A stretch of 64,000 nt of DNA. Source: Candidatus Heimdallarchaeota archaeon (GTDB lineage: Archaea > Asgardarchaeota > Heimdallarchaeia > JABLTI01). The position numbers and the translations under genes were made by a program. The notes beneath the pieces are model-generated. The model had not been told where the DNA came from, searched no databases, and saw only the letters and a program-made list of their open reading frames with translations. Shown here in pieces: positions 56,985 through 64,000 of the stretch; positions within the stretch are counted from its first letter, which is position 1; the number at the start of each line of letters is the position of its first letter. The stretch spans positions 24,424-88,423 of the forward strand of contig JAHLVW010000053.1 in the NCBI GenBank assembly GCA_019058275.1. Reading direction: 5' to 3'.

Positions 56985-58780
56985 TTACTTTTTCTTTCTT
57001 TTCTTATTAGTTAGCAAGATTATACAAGTTGTGAATGTAGTTAAACAAATTATTAGAGGTAAAGATAAACTAGATAACTCTGTTGTAGTACAATTTGCAT
57101 AACAGAATCCAGCAGCTTCCATCTCAGCTTTTGCTAGATCTATTGAATATTCATGTGGTTCAAGAGATTCATCAAATCCAAAACTAATACTTGGACAACC
57201 AGTAACACCCAATCGACCAGTTCCATTCATTATATCATCAATTATCTGCTGTCTAGGAATAATATGACTAATAGCTTTTCGAATGTGTTTTGCAGATTCA
57301 GCTCCAGCTATTGGACATGCTTCTCCTGTTCCTAAATATACATGATTGTTATTTATTGATAGTTCATTTAAACTACCATCTTCAATTATTGTATATCATA
57401 CCGTTCCAGGTATATCATCAATATCAAAATTAAAGTGTGCATCAACCATATCAACTATTCCTGAATCAAGAGCATTAAGAGCTGCTAGTGAAAAGCCATA
57501 GAATTCAAAGTAAATATCTTCAAAATATGAAGTAACACCTGACCAATCATCGAAATAATCATTCCTTTTTAAGTGTATGAAATAGTTTGTATCGAAACTA
57601 TAATTGTACAAATAGTAAGGTCCAGCTCCCATGATATTGCTATCTAAAGAATCATCAGTAGCCCAAGTAATTGCTTGTGATTCTTGATCTTCAGGTAAAA
57701 TGTTTTCCCAAATGTATTTTGGTATAATAGGAATTGCAATATTACTATCTTGGAAGACATAGTCTTGTAAGAAAGTAAGAGTGAGTTCAAACTCAGAAAT
57801 AATATCAGTATTGGCGTCAATATATTGGTAATACAAACCATAATCTGGTGGTTCTAAAGCAGGGTTAATAATCAATTTGTATGTATATTCTACATCAGAA
57901 GCATTCAAATATGTTCCATCAGCAAATCTAACATTTGGATTAAGCTGAACATCATATGTTAACCCATCCGTGCTACTATATGACGTAGCTATTTTTGGAC
58001 GATAAGAATTATTATACGGATGTGCAGGATATCTTTCTATCAATCCAGTATAGATTTGATGAATCCATTGTTTGTCATAAACTGATTCAGTCATGAAAAT
58101 ATGGAAATCTTCAAAGTCTGATGGTACTGCATATTAAAAATCAGTTTGTCCTAGTATTGTCCAATTTTCCATTGATTGATAATCACGAGCCATAGATCAC
58201 TATTCCAACTATTAGTATCAAAATTGATATCATGTGGGATAATGCTTAATAAGTCAACAATTGATATTGCAGGTAAATCTTCATATAATAATGATTGAAT
58301 TTCTTTTCCCCATGGTATTCTATCTGTAACATTCCATGATTGTTCATAATTGCTTATCAACCCATCCATTACAAGCTTACTATATTGATAGAAATTGTCA
58401 CCCATAGTCGGAATTGATGAAGTATCAAAGAGCCCATTTGGTGTATAGTCCATTCCAAAATTCCAACCGATAAAGAGTACATCATATCATCCTTCTGTAT
58501 AAGTTGGAATTGGATATGGTCCTGGATAACCCTATGTTCTTGGTGAAATATACCTCCATCCAACGTGTTTAAATTCATCAATACCAATATCTATCTTCAT
58601 TAATTCAGTTGTAATCAAAATTACCCAAGCACTTCTATCAGTGTTTGTGTTAGGACAAAGTACAGTTATTGAAAAGAAAGGAGTTGGATTCTCAGTTTTT
58701 GTTCTTTTTACAATTAGTGTAGGTGCTAAAGCTATGCAAATTATTATAGCTACAGTAAATAGTTTTGAAATTCGTTTCAA
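56985..58780 (-). pseudogene. ABC transporter substrate-binding protein, family 5, heavily decayed paralogue of 42175-43974
   Basis: The homologous reading carries TAG 58532-58534, TGA 58487-58489, a 1-nt frame change near 58190, TAA 58134-58136 and TGA 57396-57398. The signal peptide and C-terminal TM anchor are still recognisable. Confidence 0.85.
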
Positions 58781-58947
58781 AAAACAATATTCCCTCCTTT
58801 ATGTTAGCATTATTTCTCTTCTATTCTTATAATTCTTTTTGAAGAATTTAATCCAAAGAAAACCACTCATGTTCAAAATAACTATAATTTTTTCTTGCTA
58901 GTTTTTCCTAGGTAACATTTTTCTAGAATTAAGCTAATAACATTTTT

Positions 58948-59703
58948 ATGAACTATAAGAGAGCTTTAACTCGCAAACCTGGACCCAGTTTTGATCGTTG
59001 CATTTCTGATCATCCTCTTAAAAAATACTTGAATATTGGTCAAGCTCGTCGTCAACATGAAATCTACTGCAATACTCTTACAGATTTAGGTCTGGAAGTA
59101 ATTACTCTTCCTCAAGAGGATAATTATCCTGATGCTTGTTTTGTTGAAGATACTGTTGTTGTTCATGGTAACAAAGCTTTCTTTACTCGTATGGCCAAGG
59201 AAAGTCGTCAAGGAGAAGAGACAGCAATCATAGAGGTTCTTGAGAACCATTTTAGAATTAAAACAGCTACTGCTCCAGCAACTATCGAGGGTGGAGATGT
59301 TATTCATCTTGATGACCGGCTTATTTGTGGTCTTACTCAAAGAACAAATTTAGAGGGAGTTAAGCAGATGAATAGATTTCTCGGAGTTCCTATAGATACT
59401 ATTGCTGCTACTCACGTAATGCATCTTAAAAGCCATGTTACTTATCTTTGTAGAAATACGATTGCTGTTACTGAACCTTTTTCTAATCTAGCTGTCGTTC
59501 AAAACTTCAATCATGTAATTATTCCCAGTTTTGAAAAATATGCCGCTAACACTTTAACAATTAATGATGTTGTTTTGATGCCCAAGATGTATCCTAAATC
59601 TCAGGATCGCGTTCGTGAAGCAGGTTTTGAAGTTATCCCAATTGATACTTCAGAATTTGAGAAATGTGGTGGAGCTCTAACCTGTCTTTCTATTCTTTTC
59701 TAA
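58948..59703 (+). CDS. Dimethylarginine dimethylaminohydrolase-like amidinotransferase-superfamily enzyme
   Basis: 251 aa, with ACFVEDT, IEGGDVIH, HLKS and a C-terminal catalytic-Cys segment CGGALTCLSILF. Confidence 0.75.
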   Translation: MNYKRALTRKPGPSFDRCISDHPLKKYLNIGQARRQHEIYCNTLTDLGLEVITLPQEDNYPDACFVEDTVVVHGNKAFFTRMAKESRQGEETAIIEVLENHFRIKTATAPATIEGGDVIHLDDRLICGLTQRTNLEGVKQMNRFLGVPIDTIAATHVMHLKSHVTYLCRNTIAVTEPFSNLAVVQNFNHVIIPSFEKYAANTLTINDVVLMPKMYPKSQDRVREAGFEVIPIDTSEFEKCGGALTCLSILF

Positions 59704-59795
59704 ACCAATTCTACTTATTTGGTTTAAAAGTGAAAAAGATTTATTAGTTTGGAAAGAGTTATTGACTAGTTCCTTAAATTAGGAGTTATTATATC

Positions 59796-60053
59796 ATGAC
59801 TGATACTAGAGATACCACTATGGGTACGGTTTCCCTTATTTTCGCCATTCTTGGATGTGTCCAAGTATTGCCTTGCATTGGTCCACTTGTAGCTGTAATA
59901 ACTGGTTACATGGCAAAAGGTACAGCTGGTGAATCTAATGGTCGAATTGGTCGTATTCTTGGTTGGTTAATGATCTGTGCACCCTTAATTGTATTTGGTA
60001 TCTGGGTTATACTTGTCTTCGTCCTTTGGGGCGGACAATGGTGGCCATGGTGA
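59796..60053 (+). CDS. Small two-TM membrane protein
   Basis: 85-aa ORF with two hydrophobic helices and a Trp-rich C-terminus. GGAG lies upstream. Confidence 0.45.
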   Translation: MTDTRDTTMGTVSLIFAILGCVQVLPCIGPLVAVITGYMAKGTAGESNGRIGRILGWLMICAPLIVFGIWVILVFVLWGGQWWPW

Positions 60054-60128
60054 CCATAGAAACAATTAGAATTCATATAATTGGGAGTGAATTATTCCTC
60101 CCCTTTTTCTCACATTAGAAAACAGATG

Positions 60129-60812
60129 TTATGCTTTTATCATAAATCTGAATAGTGATAAATCCTTCAGGGAATAAAATGATTGATCTTTTCTAGCATT
60201 TTCTTGTAGAGAAGGATCAATTAGTAAAGCCTTTTCAAGAGCAATTAGTGCTTCACTGAAATTATATTCTTCAGAATAGATAGTTGCTAAAGTATACCAT
60301 GTTTCAGCACTTTCATCATCTAAGGTTGATGAATGTTCCATGCTTTCCAAGGCTTGATCATGATAACCTAAATTGTAATATGTTAATCCTAAATTATGCC
60401 AAGCAATTTCATTATATGGTTCTCTTTCTGTAAGTAATTTGAAAGCATCTAAAGCATCTTCGAAATTCTCTAGAACATAAGCCATTTGTCCATATTTTCC
60501 GATAGCATTCAAACTATCAGGATTAATTTCGACTGCTTTACCATAATAATAGAATGCGTGTTCTATTTCACCTATGAGTTCATATGCTTGAGCAACCTTC
60601 ATTAGAACTCTATAGCTATCATTTACTACTCTTTTTCGTAGAATCTTTTTCCAGCAATGAATTGCTTCTACATATTCTGCTTGTCTAAACAAAGCATCTG
60701 CTAGGAAGTTCAAATAAGAATATCGATTTGGTGATTTCCGAAGTAACTGCTTATAGTAAGCTATTTCGGATTCCTCGTTTTGAGGTTTTTTTTCTAACCT
60801 TCCTAGGGTCAT
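60129..60812 (-). CDS. TPR-repeat protein
   Basis: 227 aa with repeated AxxxY..G.y.eA...fekAl..dP-type 34-mers (WHNLGLTYYNLGYHDQALESMEHS, etc.). Confidence 0.7.
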   Translation of the reverse strand: MTLGRLEKKPQNEESEIAYYKQLLRKSPNRYSYLNFLADALFRQAEYVEAIHCWKKILRKRVVNDSYRVLMKVAQAYELIGEIEHAFYYYGKAVEINPDSLNAIGKYGQMAYVLENFEDALDAFKLLTEREPYNEIAWHNLGLTYYNLGYHDQALESMEHSSTLDDESAETWYTLATIYSEEYNFSEALIALEKALLIDPSLQENARKDQSFYSLKDLSLFRFMIKA

Positions 60813-61011
60813 ACGGCGTTTATCCTAGCATGCACTCTTCGCCATTATGAGAAATATTGGTCTACCTCGCTCCAGTTTCATGTTAATATAGTCTACAACC
60901 TATATAAACATAATTTTTAGTACGCTAATTATTATTTGGTCATAAAATATAGAAAATATAGTCTCTGAACTATCAGTAAGAACATTTTTAGAGAAAATTT
61001 TCACAATATTA

Positions 61012-61923
61012 GTGATGAAAATGAGTCAGAATCCAGTTGTTAAAGATGCATTTTTTAATTCTCTAACTGAGAGCCTTAATTTTGCTAATATGTGTGTTCT
61101 AGGTCTTCCTTGGGATAATTCTTCTACTTTCCGCAAAGGTGCAACACAAGGACCAGAATATATTAGACATGCAACTACAGGTAGTTTATACAACTCGTAT
61201 GCTGAAACAGGTATTGATATAAAGAAGGTTTGGCAAATATTTGATCTTGGAGATGCTCCAATATCTGATTTATCAGCAATTGAAGCTAAAGAAAATATCT
61301 TTCAGATTTTAAGTAAATATAATCAGTATAATATGCATTACTTCTTTCTTGGTGGAGATCATTTATCGACTTATTTCAATTTTACTGCTTTAAAACGATT
61401 AGCTGACAAAAGATTAGGTTTGATTTACGTTGATGCTCATCCTGATTTATACGAACATTATGAGGGAAACCCTTACTCACATGCTTGTGTTGTGAGGAGA
61501 ATAATTGATGAGACTAACATTGAACCTGAAACTATATTCCAAGTAGGGATTAGAGCACCAACACCTGAACAAACAGAATTTGCAAAATCAGTAGGAATTA
61601 ACACTATCACTACTAAAGATTTTCAATTAAATGGTGCAAAAGCAATCGCTGAAAGTATTAAAGCTAAAATTCCTAAATATCTTGATGGAGTTTATCTTTC
61701 AATTGACATGGATATTCTTGATCCTGCATATGCACCAGGTGTAGGTAATCCTGAATCTGCAGGTCTTACAACTCGAGAGCTAGTTGATTTTATCCAGGGT
61801 TTACAAGGAATAAAGTTACCAGCTTTTGATTTAGTAGAATACAGCCCAAAATTTGATTTTTCAGGGATAACAGCTTTTGCTACAGCTAAAATCATTAAAG
61901 AAGTTCTTAGTATCATAGTGTAA
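61012..61923 (+). CDS. speB: Agmatinase/arginase-family ureohydrolase
   Basis: Mn-binding motifs GGDHLSTY, VDAHPDL and SIDMDILDPAYAPGVG. Confidence 0.88.
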   Translation: MMKMSQNPVVKDAFFNSLTESLNFANMCVLGLPWDNSSTFRKGATQGPEYIRHATTGSLYNSYAETGIDIKKVWQIFDLGDAPISDLSAIEAKENIFQILSKYNQYNMHYFFLGGDHLSTYFNFTALKRLADKRLGLIYVDAHPDLYEHYEGNPYSHACVVRRIIDETNIEPETIFQVGIRAPTPEQTEFAKSVGINTITTKDFQLNGAKAIAESIKAKIPKYLDGVYLSIDMDILDPAYAPGVGNPESAGLTTRELVDFIQGLQGIKLPAFDLVEYSPKFDFSGITAFATAKIIKEVLSIIV

Positions 61924-61931
61924 ATTTGATA

Positions 61932-62726
61932 CTAAAATTTCCTTTTTCTATCTTTAAGTACAGGTATGTATTCTCTTGTTTCAGCTAATTTTTCTGCTCT
62001 TAGTATTGCTGTTAAGACCTGTTCCTTTTTGGCAGCTTTAGCAATTACCTCACCCATAGGATCTATTATCCTTGATGAACCAGGGTAAATTGTCTTAATA
62101 ATATCCTCTTCTTCACCTGTGCGAGTCAATGCAATATGAAAACAAGTGTTTTCTAATGCTCTTGCTGATGCTAGAAGATTGAAATGCTCAATTCTAACTC
62201 CTGGCCATGCAGAGGTTGTAATCAGAACTTCTGCACCATTTACAACTAGATTTCTACTTACTTCAGGAAATCTCAAATCATAACAAATTGATAATCCAAT
62301 TTTAGCTTTGTTCTCAAAATTTATTGGTTTTGGAATTTCTTGGCCAGCAACAAAGTAATCTTTCTCTATTCCCCACAAATGGATTTTCTTATATTGATAA
62401 ACTAAGCCTTTTGATGGGCTAATGATAAATCCTAAATTGTAATATTTATTTTCATTTTCTACTATCAAATGTGAACCTGCGATTCCAATTGTATATTCTT
62501 GACTTAATATTTCTAAGAAATTTATTGTTTTGCTGTCGAATTTTCTTTCTGCGATTTTAGAAAAGAGACTATAAGTAAAACCTGTTGTAAACAACTCCGG
62601 TAGAATCCACAGATCAACGTTGGAAAATTCTTTGCGTTGAATTTCCTTTTCCACTTTTTTCAAATTTTTCTCTTTCTCACCTGAGATAATACTCATTTGA
62701 AACGCTGCTACACTCAAATCCTTCAT
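61932..62726 (-). CDS. Carbon-nitrogen hydrolase (nitrilase superfamily)
   Basis: E-K-C triad context: ILPELF, YKKIHLW, GLSICYDLRFPE. Confidence 0.85.
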   Translation of the reverse strand: MKDLSVAAFQMSIISGEKEKNLKKVEKEIQRKEFSNVDLWILPELFTTGFTYSLFSKIAERKFDSKTINFLEILSQEYTIGIAGSHLIVENENKYYNLGFIISPSKGLVYQYKKIHLWGIEKDYFVAGQEIPKPINFENKAKIGLSICYDLRFPEVSRNLVVNGAEVLITTSAWPGVRIEHFNLLASARALENTCFHIALTRTGEEEDIIKTIYPGSSRIIDPMGEVIAKAAKKEQVLTAILRAEKLAETREYIPVLKDRKRKF

Positions 62727-62904
62727 AATAGTCAGTCTAGTAACATTGATTAATTAATTTTCGTAAGAAATTTGCTTTGTTTTGCGAGATAATTTCTACA
62801 TATTTATTAAATTGAAAGCAAGTTGGATTAAGCAATAGTCGAGTAAATCAGACTAATAATAATTACTTAAAGAGATACTTTTTTCATAACTAATGTTGAA
62901 TTAA

Positions 62905-63513
62905 ATGACTTTACACTTAAGGGATACTCCTATTCTTAATTTTCTTAATGAGTGCAATAAAACTTCATTGGAAAAAAAGATCTTGGATTGTGGAGCTGGA
63001 GGTAGGAATCCACCACTAGCAATTTTTTATAGAGATGGTTACGAAACACATGGAATAGAGATTTTGGATAGTCAAATAGGGAAAGCAGAAAAATATGCTA
63101 AGGAACATGACATGGATTTTAACATTATCAAAGGTGATATGCGAAAATTACCTTATGAAAATGAATCCTTTGGCTTTGTTTTCAGTCATCACACAATATT
63201 TCATTTGCCAAAAGCTGAAATTGCTTTAACTTTGAAAGAAATGGAGCGAGTGCTTAAACCAGGTGGTCTTATCTATGTTAATCTTCAATCACATGAATGC
63301 ATTGGTTATGGAGAAGGTGAAGAAGTAAGAGAGGGAGAATTCATTGCCGAGGAACACGGTGAGATGGTCCTACATTCCTATTATGATGACGATGAAGCTG
63401 ATGTTTATTTTGAGAATTATGACATCATAATGAAAAGAAAATTCAATTTGCTAATAGCAGCAAATTGGTGTAATAATATGGCAATGATCGAATATATAGC
63501 AAAGAAAAAATGA
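62905..63513 (+). CDS. Class I SAM-dependent methyltransferase
   Basis: ILDCGAGGG-like motif I (ILDCGAGGRNP) and post-I/II segments (GIEILD, FVFSHHTIFHL, LKPGG). Confidence 0.8.
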   Translation: MTLHLRDTPILNFLNECNKTSLEKKILDCGAGGRNPPLAIFYRDGYETHGIEILDSQIGKAEKYAKEHDMDFNIIKGDMRKLPYENESFGFVFSHHTIFHLPKAEIALTLKEMERVLKPGGLIYVNLQSHECIGYGEGEEVREGEFIAEEHGEMVLHSYYDDDEADVYFENYDIIMKRKFNLLIAANWCNNMAMIEYIAKKK

Positions 63514-63523
63514 AAAGATTGAA

Positions 63524-64000
63524 CTAGAGCATTAAATCTAACCCTACTGGACAATGATCTGATCCCATAACCTCAGGAAGTATATATGCTTTAGTTACTT
63601 TCTCGATTAAATCTGAGGAGACAAAGAAGTAATCTAATCTCCATCCAACATTTCTTTCCCTAGCACCAATGTTTCTCACTGACCACCACGTATATTTCTC
63701 TGATTCATTTGGAAAGAAATGACGAAATGAATCAATATATCCTAACCCTATTATCTTGTCAATCCATGCACGCTCAATAGGTAAGAATCCTGAGATTGTT
63801 TCATTTGCTTTTGGATGTGTTAGATCCATAGGTTTGTGAGCAGTATTTACGTCACCACAGAAAATAACTGATTTCCCCTTCTTCCTATAATTCTCCATTA
63901 CTTCCAGGAATTTGTCATAATAATCTAGTTTGTATTGTAATCTCTCTGCATTTTTCTTACCATTTGGGAAATAGGCGTTCGCTAAAACAAAATCTGAATA
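63524..64000 (-). CDS. xth: Exodeoxyribonuclease III (partial; N-terminus beyond the window end)
   Basis: FCGDVNTAHKPMDL, YTWWS, GWRLDYFFVS and GSDHCPV. The frame stays open upstream of the track's Met to the window edge. Confidence 0.9.
   Translation of the reverse strand, partial: YSDFVLANAYFPNGKKNAERLQYKLDYYDKFLEVMENYRKKGKSVIFCGDVNTAHKPMDLTHPKANETISGFLPIERAWIDKIIGLGYIDSFRHFFPNESEKYTWWSVRNIGARERNVGWRLDYFFVSSDLIEKVTKAYILPEVMGSDHCPVGLDLML

Noticed and set aside
42175-58780. Composite transposon or mobile island bounded by the two same-orientation SBP-5 copies
   Set aside because: The copies are only partially similar at nucleotide level and are themselves decayed genes. No transposase, integrase, tRNA target or terminal inverted repeats were seen.
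60813-60880. Locally GC-richer patch (ACGGCGTTTATCCTAGCATGCACTCTTCGCC...) that might be a small RNA or tRNA fragment
   Set aside because: There is no cloverleaf, T-loop (GGTTCRAAT) or C/D-box (RUGAUGA...CUGA) arrangement. It is more likely the 5' region of the TPR gene and the agmatinase promoter.

Overview
This is a visibly AT-rich, gene-dense chromosomal segment with about 60 protein-coding genes or gene remnants. I found no rRNA, tRNA, CRISPR array, integrase or transposase. The gene content looks archaeal: a UPF0216/DUF61-like protein, Dim1/KsgA next to an Mtq2/HemK-like methylase, solute-binding proteins with C-terminal membrane anchors, and GGAG Shine-Dalgarno sites with frequent TTG/GTG starts. 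An Asgard/Lokiarchaeia-like origin is only a guess. Left to right, the window holds: (1) a partial aldo/keto reductase (AKR), a Sir2 deacylase, a TIM-barrel sugar-phosphate isomerase-like protein and a HAD phosphatase; (2) Mtq2-like and KsgA methyltransferases and an acyl-CoA synthetase; (3) a NitT/TauT-type ABC importer; (4) a surface-glycan cluster (GT2, GT4-like, WecB, GT4 remnant, ATP-grasp ligase, deacetylase-like); (5) a tandemly duplicated locus of uncharacterised HgdAB-like DUF2229 gene pairs with a decayed BcrAD/BadFG activase and a class-I disulfide oxidoreductase; (6) an amidohydrolase and orphan membrane proteins; (7) a frameshifted OYE flavoreductase and an M20 peptidase with two in-frame TGA codons; (8) a solitary Eco57I-like N6-adenine methyltransferase; (9) two paralogous membrane-anchored PPC-domain proteins; (10) an ABM monooxygenase, an Fe-ADH and a condensation-domain-like acyltransferase. 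A long minus-strand array follows: a decayed family-5 SBP, an LRR protein, a small permuted DNA-methylase-like protein, a wHTH/Fe-S protein, a GNAT, a TPR protein and four tandem AKRs, two of which carry in-frame stops. It is transcribed from a divergent promoter packed with TTGAAC/GTTCAA palindromes next to a wHTH regulator. The window ends with a GlcD/GlcF-like pair, a second decayed family-5 SBP, an arginine/agmatine-related set (DDAH-like, agmatinase, C-N hydrolase), a SAM methyltransferase and a partial exonuclease III. Four items merit follow-up: the duplicated DUF2229/disulfide-reductase locus with its 39/40-identical promoter element; the unusually high density of genes interrupted by in-frame nonsense codons; the PPC-domain paralogues with a conserved cytoplasmic GYSFG tail; and the palindromic operator array. 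All functional calls come from motif recognition by eye. No database search was run.
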